A stretch of DNA of 64,000 bases from Eledone cirrhosa (taxonomy: Eukaryota), in assembly GCA_964016885.1 (NCBI GenBank), contig OZ024757.1:25172001-25236000 (forward strand), given 5' to 3'. Under the pieces are notes generated by a model. The model saw only the letters and a program-made list of their open reading frames with translations. It was not told the DNA's origin and ran no database searches. This document shows positions 40,283-52,243 of this stretch, piece by piece (positions within the stretch are counted from its first letter, which is position 1; each line of letters starts with the position of its first letter). Both the position numbers and the translations under genes were made by a program.

Positions 40283-40830
40283 TTAACCCTTTAGCATTTA
40301 TATTATTCTATATTTACTCTTATAGTTTCACAGTAAAGGCTTCACTTCCCATCTGTGACAACAATGCATCTAAAGGCAAGTGAGGCACTGCCCCACGGAG
40401 CAGATACAAACTATGCAGTGTGGAAATGCCGCAACAGATTAAGATCTGGTGTTGGTCGTGCAAAAGCCAATCTGGCAAAATGGGGATATTTAAAAGATAT
40501 GGACGTTGTGTGTGATGGCGCCACACCTCATGATATGCCCTCTGCTGGAACAGCTCTGCACAGCGTTGGACTTGGCAGAGTTTAATGAGAAAGGACAGCA
40601 ATGTGTTCAGCTGTGGCAGAACCACATCTAGCCAAGCTTTGTAGCTGACACTCTTGTGGACACGATAAGAAGAAGACCTCACAGAATATCGAATCTATGA
40701 GATTTTGATATTATTTATTTTGAGAACAATACCTTAACATCAGTAAGAGTGGCCAATTATGGCCAGTTTGAACAGAAAGAGGAGAGAATATTCTGACCAG
40801 ATATGGCCAGTTTAAATGCTAAAGGGTTAA
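40283..40830. mobile_element. piggyBac-type MITE containing a LINE insertion
   Basis: TTAA/CCCTTTAGCATTTA ends. Confidence 0.8.
40344..40677 (+). mobile_element. I-group (Ingi/Vingi-like) LINE 3' fragment
   Basis: WKCRNRLRSGVGRAKANLAKWGY motif; ends ggacacgat(aag)n. Confidence 0.6.
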
Positions 40831-41164
40831 AACGCACTGTTTTTTTATCACAGAACTGCAAGCAGTTTCAGGTGGGTTAGTTAGTATTGAAAAGGTTAAA
40901 AATGTTCTTCTCTCCTGCTCCCACAAATAGTGTTTGGGGTAGGGGTAGGGAGTTGTGGTTTAGGATTTTTTCATTCCCAAACGTACTTTAACAGTTGAGA
41001 GACTGCTGGTTATTCAAACATTCTTATTTATTATGTACACATACATAAATACACATAAACACACACACATAAACCCATACACACACACATAATATATACA
41101 TAGTGTAGAGTTACTAGTCATATTGTAGTCAGTAACCAAACACTCGTTTATCTTCAACCTTACT

Positions 41165-41405
41165 TTAATGTTCTTCAAAGCCACAGTTGAAAGTGTGTTA
41201 CTCTACGGCTCAGAAGCATGGACGCTTAATAAAACCCTCACAAAAAGATTAAATGGATGTTACACAAGACTCCCCAGATATGATTTCAACATATCTTGGC
41301 AACAGAGAGTCACAAATAGGGAACTCTATCTGGGTAGTCCTCCCGTGATGAATATTGTTTCCCTAAGAAGGATGCATTGGGTGGGACATTGTTACAGAGC
41401 AAAAA
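41165..41405 (+). mobile_element. RTE fragment (post-RT region)
   Basis: FFKATVESVLLYGSEAWTL..RLNGCYTRL..NISW..RRMHWVGHCYR. Confidence 0.8.
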
Positions 41406-42109
41406 AACGAGTTACTATAATTAATTTAAATAATTATAATGCAAAAAGCAAAGAAAATAATCCAGTGATCCGAAAAGATATCCAGGTGGAAGTTCAGGTA
41501 AATCCAGGTGAAAGTTCAGGTAAAATCCAGGTGTAAATCCAGGTTCAGACAGAAAATCCAACGAATTTGAGAGGTCCATGTAAGCGTTGATATATATCAT
41601 CATCATCATCATCATCATTTAATGTGCATCTTCCACGCTAGCATGGGTTAGACGCTTTTGTTCCATTTGATGTGGGAATAGTCGGAAGGAAATATTCGTA
41701 AGGAAAATGTCTCTGGCAGGTTTTCTACGGCTGGATGGCCTTCCTAAGCCAACCACATTTACAGTAAGGACTGGGTGTCTCTTTTTACCGTGTCTCCTAT
41801 ACGACCACTTTACAGCGTGGACTGGGTGCTTTTTGTTGTGTCACCAATGCAGTGGATGGAACAGAAATGGGAGGATGGGGTAGTGTGTGTGGATCGGGGA
41901 GTATATTGGGTTAAGAGGTGCCTACTGATTGTAAGTTTGCATGCAAGGGAAGGCAGGTCTTCTGTACATATATGTATGTAAAAGAAATAATGAAACAAAT
42001 GGCACCTGAATACGTCCATGTTTTTTTTTTCTCATATGATCACGAGTACAAGCGACTGAAATGGGATTCCTCCAAAGGGTCTTTGGAGTAATGTTACTTG
42101 ATAGAGTGT

Positions 42110-42437
42110 GTAGCTTGAAGATAAGAGAGTCACACTAGGTAGAGAGTCACTACTTCTCTGAATTGAGAGATCACAGCTCCAATACTATGGGCATGTGGTT
42201 AGAATATCTCGGGAAAGAATCGCTGGATAGATTTTATGGGCAAAACCAACTGGCAAGAGACCAAGGGGTAGACACCAAGCAAGATGGTTGGATAACATCC
42301 GTGAGCTTGGCTGGTCCTGCTTGGGAATCCAGCCGGATCAGTTGGAGATGCTTGCTTCTAACAGGACCCGTTGGAGGGAGTGTTTGAGGACTCTGCCCCC
42401 ATGACCCTCTTAGGAATAAGTGGGCAAAGAAGAAGAC
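42110..42437 (+). mobile_element. RTE 3' fragment, single-copy version of the array unit
   Basis: ctacttctctgaattgagagatcacagctccaatactatgggcatgtggttagaat. Confidence 0.8.
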
Positions 42438-42619
42438 AATTAATCTGTAGGTCCATTTAATCAGGGGTGGGCTGAAGCTAGGGACTAAACAACCATCAAG
42501 TGGAGTAGAGAGCTCTTGATACTCCAATGTTGTTTTGAAAACAAGAAAAAGGATTTATAGACAAAAAGGAGCTCTTAATAGAGTAACTTGACCCCCTAGA
42601 AACAGCAGCTAAATCTCCC

Positions 42620-42838
42620 TTAACCCTTTAGCATTTAAACCAGCCATATCTGGCCAGAATTCTCTCACCACTTTCTGTTCAAACTGCTCATAACTGGCTG
42701 CTCATACTTTGGTCTCAAAATAAATAATATCAAAATCTCATAGATTCGATATTATGTGAGATAATTATGTATGATAAAAGCTTTACCACAAAAATACAAT
42801 AGTATATATATAGAGTAATGTAAATACTAAAGGGTTAA
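42620..42838. mobile_element. piggyBac-type MITE
   Basis: ttaaccctttagcattta...taaatactaaagggttaa. Confidence 0.85.
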
Positions 42839-43695
42839 ATCACTCATTACTGTCTTAAAAATAAGAAATAAGTTGAAGAAGAAGGGTGGAGAGGAGATAC
42901 CAGCAACTGAACTTGTCTAAGATGAATGAACACATGATAATGAAACCATGTGGTAAGCAGATGTTCAGTGTCTGGGTTTATGTCAGACAACTGTTATCAG
43001 CCAAGTATTCAGAGATCAATCAACTGCCTTTCTTTAGTAAGAAAGGGTATCTGGTCTTTCTCTTACTTGTGGCTATGGCTGGGGAAAGTTATGTGGGAGA
43101 CATGGATGAAATAAAATGTTTTGACTAAGGTCAAGCCCTCATCAAATACCACTTGAAGAGAAGGGGGTACTGTCCTCCAGTAAAGGTGAGTGAGTGTGGA
43201 GAAATTGGCATGACTAAATATCTTTTCTTCTTCTCGTTCTTCTTCGTCCACTTATTCAACTACTTCATCTTTTTTTCTTCTTATTCTATCATTGTTTAAC
43301 ATTATATATATATATAACAAATCAGTCATTGAGGAGGTTAAAAAATGTGTGACGAAAGAGCTTTGACAATATATAAACAACCATCCAGTTATTGAACCAA
43401 CCAACCAACCAGAAATTTATAATAAAATGAAGTGAATTATAACAGGTGTGTGTGTGTTTTTCTTGGCAGCATGATCCTCCCAAAGTATAACAATATATAT
43501 ACCACAATATAAATTACAAATCGTCCATTGCAACTCTACTTTTGAAAAGCATAAGAACTGTGAAACCAGTAAAGGAAACAAATAAATATTCTTAAAAGGA
43601 CTCCAGTTACATTTTCGATTTCATCTTTTTTCCTTATACTTTCACTCGTGTACAACATCTCGTTTTTTTTTTTCATTTAAAAAAAAATCATTTTC

Positions 43696-43741
<46 letters not shown>

Positions 43742-44284
43742 CAATGGAATTGTGGTAAGGAACCAGATGGACCATAACGCACCAGAGTACTCAATACTTA
43801 GAGTAGTAGAGTGGAAAATAGGAAAAAGTATGACCCCAACGGCAGACCCCGTCGGGGTCATACTTTTTCCTATATATATATCATTCTCTCCTCTTTCTCC
43901 CTCTCTGCTTTCTCTCTCTCCCTTTCTCTCACACTCTCTATCTCTCTCTCTCATACACAAGTGTTCTTTACATGAAAAAAAAAAAAATTGGAACTGATAC
44001 AAATAGAAAGAAACCAATCAACAAACAAACATAAGGGTGGCGATGAAATACTGGGTGGGTATGAAAAAGATAAGGGTAGCTATGTGAAAGATAAGTGTAG
44101 CAATGTACAAGATAAGGGTGGGTGTTTGTAAAGAATGTTAAAATTCTCAAGTAGCCAAATAATGTTCACTTGAGAATTGTTGAAAATCTCATTAGGGTAC
44201 TATTTGGAATGACTAACAGAACCAGCCTATAACATTTGATACACTAGTGTTTATAGTATATCATAATATATTATAATATATATC

Positions 44285-44512
44285 ATACATATAGCATGGG
44301 ATGAACTAATGTACATAATATATTATAGAGATAGCATGAAATAAACTAGTGTATATAATATATGATAGAGATAGCATGGGATAAACTATACATAATATGT
44401 CATAGAGATAGCATGGGATAAACTAATATCCATAATATATCATAGAGATAGCATGGGGTAAACTAGTGTGTATAATATATTATAGAGATAGCATGGGGTA
44501 AACTAATATATA
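44285..44512. repeat. ~40-bp minisatellite
   Basis: atagcatgggataaactagtgtatataatatattatagag units. Confidence 0.85.
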
Positions 44513-44649
44513 TAATTGTTTCTACTTTTGGCACAAGGCCAGCAATTACCTCAGTGTATTACTGGTACTTTATTTGATCAACCCCGTAAGGATGAAAGGC
44601 AAAGTTAACCTCGACAGGATTTGAACTCAGACTATACAAAACACCAAAA

Positions 44650-45100
44650 TGTTTACTAACACAACCATCATGTTAGTTAACAAAATGTTGCTTACTAACA
44701 TAAACATCATGTTAGTTAACAAAACATTATGTTAGTTAACAAAACATCATGTTAGTTAAGAAAATGTTGTTTACTAACACAAACATCATGTTAGTTAACA
44801 AAACATTGTTTACTAACACAAACATCATGTTAGTTAATAAAACGTTGTTTACTAACATAAACATCATGTTAGTTAACAAAACATTGTTTACTAACACAAA
44901 CATCATGTTAGTTAACAAAACATTGTTTACTAACACAAACATCAGGTTAGTTAACAAAATGTCGTTTACTAACACAACCATTACATTGGTTAACAAAACG
45001 TTGTTTACTAACACAACCATTACATTAGTTAACAAAACATTGAAGTGTTTACTAACACGGTCATCATGTTAGTTAACAAAACATTGTTTACTAACATAAA
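44650..45100. repeat. 39-bp minisatellite
   Basis: aacatcatgttagttaacaaaacattgtttactaacaca units. Confidence 0.9.
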
Positions 45101-46567
45101 CATGTTAATATCTGTGTATAACAACAACACTTCAATTGAGCATTTCATTTTAACTAACTTATCACATTCAATAGAAGCCTGCAACCACATGTGGTGAATT
45201 GGTATGATACTAAATGGAAGTGATAGACAGACGAAGGGTGGTGGTAGACGAGGGGTGGTGCTGGTGGTAGTGGTAGACGAGGGCTGCTGGGAGAAGGGGT
45301 TACTATCATATCAAAAAGAATTAACATTTTCGTGATCATATTTCTAATGAAACACACATACCTATGGTTATTTTTTAGTTTTTTTTTCCCCAAATTAATT
45401 TAGAAAATAATTACCACTTTGGAAAAATTTAATAAAATTTAAATTAGTAAATTAAATTAGTATTTACAAAATGACTTAACAAAAGGTTCTCACACGAAAG
45501 AATGGTGGAAGATATTGATTTAGGTGAGAATGTTTTAAAATGACCCTGGTTGAAATAATTGTTTCTACTTTAAGCACAAGGCCAGCAATTACCCAGTGTA
45601 TTACTGGTACTTTATTTTATCGACACCGTAAGGACGAAAGGCAAAGTTAATCTCGGTGGGATTTGAACTCAGACCATAAAGGGCCGTAACTCTATGCTGC
45701 AAAGCATGGCGTCTGACCAATGGTTTCTGACATAGACACAAAGCCAACAATTTTAGGGGAAAGGGAAAATCAATTAAATTGAGCTCAGTACATTACTGGT
45801 ACTTTATTTTAGCAACCCCGTAAAGATGAAATACAAAGCTAACCTTGGCAGGATTTGAACTTAGAACGTAAAGGGCCGTAACTCTATGCAGTGAAGCATA
45901 CAACCCATCAAAGTTGCATGTATAGTACATAGAATAATGTAGAAATGTCAGGAAAGTGAAGTGTGAGAGTCATGATATACAAATGACCGTATTTCTAATG
46001 AAGTACACTTACCTATGTTGTTTTTTTTATAGTTCCAATTGATTTAGAAAATAATCATTACTTTGGAAAAATTTAGTAAAATTCGATCGAATTAGTAAAT
46101 TAAATCAGAGTTTAGTACACAACGAAGGCGCGTAACTGAGTAGTTAGAGAATTAGATTCGCAATTGTGAGATTGTGAGTTTGATTCCCGAACCAGGTGAT
46201 GCGTTATGTCCTTGAGCAAGACACTTTATTTCATGTTGCTCCTTCTACCTGGATTTGCGACCGATAGATAGTATTAGTAATTGGAAAGACCAATGGAAAC
46301 ATTGTTTCCTCAGTCTAATTTGACAAGCTCCACCTCACTTATTAAGCAATTGAGGTCTGGGATCTTGTTGATCGACTGTTTTTAGTACACAACATAATTA
46401 TGATGAAAGATATTAATTTAACTCTATAACGAGCCTCGTTAAAGCAGGTTGTAGGTTATGTACTAGGTTAATAATCATAACTGCAGAAAATATTTTTATT
46501 GGAGGTTGTTGAAATGATCATAACAATACAGCCCTCCTCCCACTCCACTTTAAAATAATCAATAGTG

Positions 46568-47020
46568 CAGGTAAATGATTACAGGTAAGTGATTACAGGT
46601 ATGTGATTGTACTAAAAAAATCTTAATTAGTAAACAAAGTTTATTACAAGTGAACATGACATTATAATTGTTTTAAAACAGGTCAGATGGTTTCAGGTGA
46701 GCATGATTACTATAAAAACTATCATAAATAATCAAGTCAGGTAAATCCAGGTAAATGTGCTATGTGATTACTATAAAAAAACTATCATAGTGAAGGCAGG
46801 TAAATCCAGGTAAGAGTACTATGTGATTACTATAAAAAAAACTATCATAGTCAAGGCAGGTAAATCCAGGTAAGTGTGATATGTGATTACTATAAAAATT
46901 ATCATAAATAGTGAAGACAGGTAAATCCAGGTAAGAGTACTATGTGATTACTATGAAGACAGGTAAGTGTAGTATGTGATTATTATAAAAAACTATCATA
47001 GTCAAGGCAGGTAAATTCAG
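46568..47020 (+). repeat. ~60-bp minisatellite rich in CAGGTAA motifs
   Basis: caggtaaatccaggtaagagtactatgtgattactataaaaa units. Confidence 0.85.
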
Positions 47021-47071
47021 AGAGATGATAGATAGATAGATAGACAGACAGATAAATAAACAGATAGATAA

Positions 47072-47908
47072 CTTTCTTTTTATTTGCCACCAGGGCGTCA
47101 AAGAGTGGGACAAGTACAATGGGGGGAGTTTACATAAAAAGGCGTCCTCAATAAGGAGGAGGCAATAACAAAATATAAAAATATAAAATATAAAATATAA
47201 CAAAAATAAATTGAATAACAAAATCCTCAATAGGGGGGAGGCGGCTTGGGGGGTCGTACACACCCCCGTTGTTAGATAGATAGATAGCTAGACAGACAGA
47301 TAGATAGATAGATAGACAGACAGATAGATAGATAGACAAACAGACAACAGATTGTTAGAGAGAGAGAGATAGATTGATAGATAGATATATAGATAGATAG
47401 GTGATAGATAGATAGACAGACAGACAGACAGAGAGACAGGCAGACAGAGAGACAGACAGATAGATAGACAGACAGACAGATAGATAGACAACAAATCGTT
47501 AGAGAGAGATAAACAGATAGATAAATTTCTTTATTAGCCACAAGGGCACAAAAGAAGGGGACAAACACAAATGGGGAGTTTACATACAGGTATATGAAAA
47601 TAAATCTATTAATAAAATAACAAATAACTGAAATCCCCAATGGGGGGGGGGTTACACAGGGGTTGTACACACCCCGAAAAAATGTACAACCCTCATCTCC
47701 AGGAGCACCAAGAGTGAGTACTCCCTTCCTCTCTTCCCCTTTTTCCTCAACCTACAGGCTTATATAGAGAGAAGGCCCAACCACTCGGGCCATCTTTGCC
47801 ACATTCACCCACCTTTTATAAAACTTGCTGGGGTACAGCACCTCTCTCTCCATCCTCATTCTTCTTCCGAAATGATATTTGAAAAAAACCCAATCAATTG
47901 CTCTCCGG
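47072..47908 (-). mobile_element. two Tx1/L1-like 3' fragments embedded in (GATA)n
   Basis: 47072-47270 and 47525-47908 homologous to 55996-56400. Confidence 0.75.
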
Positions 47909-47974
47909 AGAGATAGATATAAAGATAGATAGGTGATAAATAGACAGACAGACAGATAGATAGAAGTGCCTTAC

Positions 47975-48110
47975 CTTAGACCTACTCATTGTATTGTAGT
48001 TAATATCCTCCTTCTAAACGTCCTCCAGGGACACAGTAATACCGCTTCACTGTAACTTCCAATCTCTCTATATATATATTTATCTATCTACAGACAGATA
48101 CTGCTAACAC
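47975..48110 (-). CDS. candidate first coding exon (5'UTR + ATG at 47989; MSRSK)
   Basis: Strong acceptor ctctttgttttcttccAG, strong donor AAG|GTAAGG, in-frame upstream TAG, acaATG context. Confidence 0.6.
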
Positions 48111-48304
48111 CTGGAAGAAAACAAAGAGATTGAATATACTATCATAAATGAAAATAAAGATAAACAACAACAACAACAGCAGCAGTAGCAACACTATCAA
48201 CAATGAGTCAGCTAGGGAGATTCTATGTGGTCATTCAACTTGCTAGATATAGCAGCCAAATTTCCTTCAAAGCCCAATAATATTAATAATAATAATAATA
48301 ATGA

Positions 48305-48939
48305 TTGTTTCTAGTTTCAGCACAAGGCCAGCAATTATCCCAGTGCATTACTGGTATTTTATTTTATCGCCGTAAGGATACCCAATAATAATTGTTTCTA
48401 CTTTTGGCACAAGGTCAGCAATTATCCCAGTGCATTACTGGTTCTTTATTTTATCGACCCCCGTAAGGATGAAAGGCAAAGTTAACCTCGGCGGGATTTG
48501 AACTCAGAATGGCAAGGGCCGTAACTCTATGCGTCAAAGCATGGCGTCCGACTCTCTACCGCTACTGCCAATCCACCGCCAAAGCCCAATACTAATGATT
48601 TCATTTATTGGCCACAAGGGCCGACATATAGGGGACAATACAAAAGACTGGGACAGTGGGGTTTTACAGAAAAATCGAGTCAACAATATGAATAACAATA
48701 ACAAAGTAACAAGAAAAATATAACAAGAAAAAATTCCCCAATAGGGGGGTGGGGATGACCACCCAGAGTTCGCTCAGGTACCCCACCAATCCTGAACGAC
48801 CCGACGCTTCGAGAGCACCCCTCTCCTCCTCAAATTTACCCACCTACAAGCGCATGACCATAGTAGGCCCACCCACTCACACGGGCCATTCTCGCCACAT
48901 TCACCCACCTTTCAGCAAATGTAGTGGGGGGGTGGGGGC

Positions 48940-48978
<39 letters not shown>

Positions 48979-49432
48979 TGTTTCTACTTTCGGCACAAGG
49001 CCAGCAATTACCCCAGCGCATTACTGGTACTTTATTTTATCGACCCCGTAAGGATGAAAGACAAAGTTAACCTCGGCGGGATTTGAACTCAGAACGTAAA
49101 GGGCCATAACTCTATGCTTGCAAAGCATGGTGTCTGACGCTCTACCAATACTGCCAAACCAGCAATAATAATAATAATTATGAAAATTATTGTGTACAGT
49201 GCTCAGGTGCACTACAGCTCATCAAAGGTCCATGTATAGTACATAGAATAATTATTTCTATTTTTGGCTCAAGGCCAGCAATTACCCCAGTGCATTACTG
49301 GTACTTTATTTTATCAACCCCGTAAGGATGAAAGGCAAAGTTAACCATAGCAGGATTTGAACTCAGACTGTAAAGGGACGCAACTCTATGCTGCAAAGCA
49401 AGGCGTCCAACCCTCTACTGATACTGCTAATC
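48305..49432 (-). mobile_element. cluster of tRNA-SINE family B copies (plus a Tx1 fragment 48598-48938 and a CR1 tail)
   Basis: rc head ggcagtattggtagagcgtc...gagttcaaatccc, body gcctttcatccttacggggtcgataaaat, (TTA)n tail. Confidence 0.85.
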
Positions 49433-49561
49433 CCCCGAATAATGTACCAATGTCAGGAAAGTAAACAGTTTATGAGTCACAATATATACACTGACACACA
49501 CACACATGCATGCGTGTGTATGGAGGAGGAATATCAGGTGTAGTGTTGGCGAATTTCAGGA

Positions 49562-50291
49562 AGTTTTAAAGGAAGCAGTGTCCCGACAGCTAACAACTGG
49601 TGCAGGTAGTTTGTTCCATGGAGGTTTTAAAGGATGTAGTGTCTCGACAGCTAACAACTGATGCAGGTAGTTTGTTCCATGGAGGTTTTAAAGGATGTAG
49701 TGTCTCGACAGCTAACAACTGATGCAGGTAGTTTGTTCCATGGAGGTTTTAAAGGATGCAGTGTCTCCACAGCTAACAACTGATGCAGGTAGTTTGTTCC
49801 ATGGAGGTTTTAAAGGATGTAGTGTCTCGACAGCTAACAACTGATGCAGGTAGTTTGTTCCATGGAGGTTTTAAAGGATGCAATGTCTCGACAGCTAACA
49901 ACTGATGCAGGTAGTTTGTTCCATGGAGGTTTTAAAGGACGCAGTGTCTCGACAGCTAACAACTGGTGCAGGTAGTTTGTTCCATGGAGGTTTTAAAGGA
50001 TGTAGTGTCTCGACAGCTAACAACTGATGCAGGTAGTTTGTTCCATGGAGGTTTTAAAGGATGCAGTGTCTCGACAGCTAACAACTGATGCAGGTAGTTT
50101 GTTCCATGGAGGTTTTAAAGGATGCAGTGTCTCGACAGCTAACAACTGATGCAGGTAGTTTGTTCCATGGAGGTTTTAAAGGATGCAGTGTCTCGACAGC
50201 TAACAACTGATGCAGGTAGTTTGTTCCATGGAGGTTTTAAAGGGTGCAGTGTCTCGACAGCTAACAACTGATGCAGGTAGTTTGTTCCATG
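49562..50291 (-). repeat. 12 x 61-bp tandem array from CR1/L2-like C-terminal coding sequence
   Basis: Units start every 61 nt (49621...50231); encode WNKLPASVVSCRDTASFKTSM; the LINE continues on both sides. Confidence 0.95.
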
Positions 50292-50969
50292 CTTCAGCAA
50301 CTCTGAGCATGAAAAAATGTTTCCGAAAGTCATACTGCTTTAACCCTTTAGCATTTAAACCAGCTGTATCAGGCCAGAATCCTCTCATCTCTTTCTGTTC
50401 AAACCAGCTGTAATCAGCTGCTCATACTGATGTTAAGGTATTGTTCTTAAATAACATCAACATCTCATAGGTTCGATATTATGTAAGGTAAAGCCTTTAC
50501 TGTGAAAATATAATAGTAAATATCATCATCATCATCATTACCAGCTTCATCATCACCATCACAATCACTATTAAAACAACTACCACCACCACCATCACCA
50601 CCACCACCATCATCACCACCACCGACCATCACCATCACCACCACCACCACCACCACCGACCACCACCACCACCATCATCATCATCACTGTCACCACAGAA
50701 ACAAAGATCACAAGGCAGTAAACAATGTCTAATTAAATCATTAACTCATTATGAAAGAGAAGTAACGAGTCATAGATTAAATGGCTGCACTGTAGCGTTC
50801 CATATAGATGTTCATGAAAGGTCAAATATTGGCCGGAGTGATTGACTGATTGATTAATGGTCAGCAGTAAAGGTGAGAGTTAATACAGCCAGTGGTCAGT
50901 TCTTTCTATTACACAATAACTCTCTCTCTTTCACAAGTTTATTGCAACCAGTTTAGAGTTATTTCTATC

Positions 50970-51500
50970 AAAACCAACTGGTCAATTAGAAGTATTGTAT
51001 GTCTCACTCCCTCTCCAGCCACCAAACCAACTGGTCAGTCCCAGATATTCAGTGTCTCACACCCTCTCTAGCCACCAAACTAACTGGTCAGTTAGAAGTA
51101 TTGTATGTCTCACTCCCTCTAGCCACCAAACCAACTGGTCAGTCCCATATATTCAGTGTCTCACACCCTCTCTAGCCACCAAACCAACTGGTCAGTTAGA
51201 AGTATTGTATGTCTCACTCCCTCTAGCCACCAAACCAACTGGTCAGTCCCAGATATTCAGTGTCTCACACCCTCTCCAGCCACCAAACCAACTGGTCAGT
51301 TAGAAGTATTGTATGTCTCACTCCCTCTAGCCACCAAACCAACTGGTCAGTTAGAAGTATTGTATATCTCACTCCCTCTAGCCTCCAAACCAACTGGTCA
51401 GTTAGAAGTATTGTATGTCTCACTCCCTCTAGCCTCCAAACCAACTGGTCAGTTAGAAGTATTGTATATCTCACTCCCTCTCCAGCCACCAAACCAACTG
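50970..51500. repeat. two-variant ~52-bp minisatellite
   Basis: agccaccaaaccaactggtcagt followed by either tagaagtattgtatg... or cccagatattcagtg... Confidence 0.9.
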
Positions 51501-51520
51501 TTTGCAAAAAGGCTATGAAA

Positions 51521-51584
<64 letters not shown>

Positions 51585-51713
51585 GGAGGTGAGTTTTATT
51601 GTAGTACAATAAAGCAATGCAGATATCGGATAAGAAGCACTCTACAGTTTGTAGGACTGGAGTATACATAATATATATATAAGATCAAAAGATGGTTAAA
51701 GGAGTTCCATGTA

Positions 51714-51780
51714 TTTTATTATGCGCATTTCAAAAACAAACATCATCATGCAATAATATTTGTGTTTTCATCAGATAAAA
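51714..51780 (-). ncRNA. minimal type-I hammerhead ribozyme motif
   Basis: reverse complement of 51905-51971. Confidence 0.85.
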
Positions 51781-51904
51781 CGGGAGGACATGATATGAAG
51801 GCTAAAAAACACTTGTGGATAGTGCAGTTTTAAATCAACATGTATGTTGATTTAAAACTGCACTATCCACAAGTGTTTTTTAGCCTTCATATCATGTCCT
51901 CCTG

Positions 51905-51971
51905 TTTTATCTGATGAAAACACAAATATTATTGCATGATGATGTTTGTTTTTGAAATGCGCATAATAAAA
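51905..51971 (+). ncRNA. minimal type-I hammerhead ribozyme motif
   Basis: ttttat CTGATGA [aaacacaaatattatt-gcat-gatgatgtttgttttt] GAAA TGCGCA TA ataaaa; predicted cut after A51965. Confidence 0.85.
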
Positions 51972-52003
51972 TACATGGAACTCCTTTAACCATCTTTTGA
52001 TCT

Positions 52004-52043
<40 letters not shown>

Positions 52044-52243
52044 TCATATACATACATATACATTCACATACACATATATACATTCATATACATACATATA
52101 CATTCACATACATACATATACATTCACATACATACATCTATATACATATATGTATGTATATTATATATATACATATATATAATATACATACATATACATA
52201 TATTTACATTTACATATATATACATATACATATATATATATAT

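Larger units (their letters stand above)
51581..52012. mobile_element. hammerhead-bearing palindromic element (~165-bp arms, 2-nt spacer at 51842-51843)
   Basis: Arms ~51675-51841 / 51844-52010, one internal mismatch seen; flanked by (AT)n. Confidence 0.9.

Noticed and set aside
45160-45302. Possible extra minus-strand exon
   Set aside because: Weak acceptor and donor, low-complexity translation, phase not matching the adjacent candidate exon
27314-51500. CRISPR-like appearance of arrays at 27314, 33952, 49562 and 50970
   Set aside because: No unique spacers, no cas genes, eukaryotic context; three derive from LINE sequence
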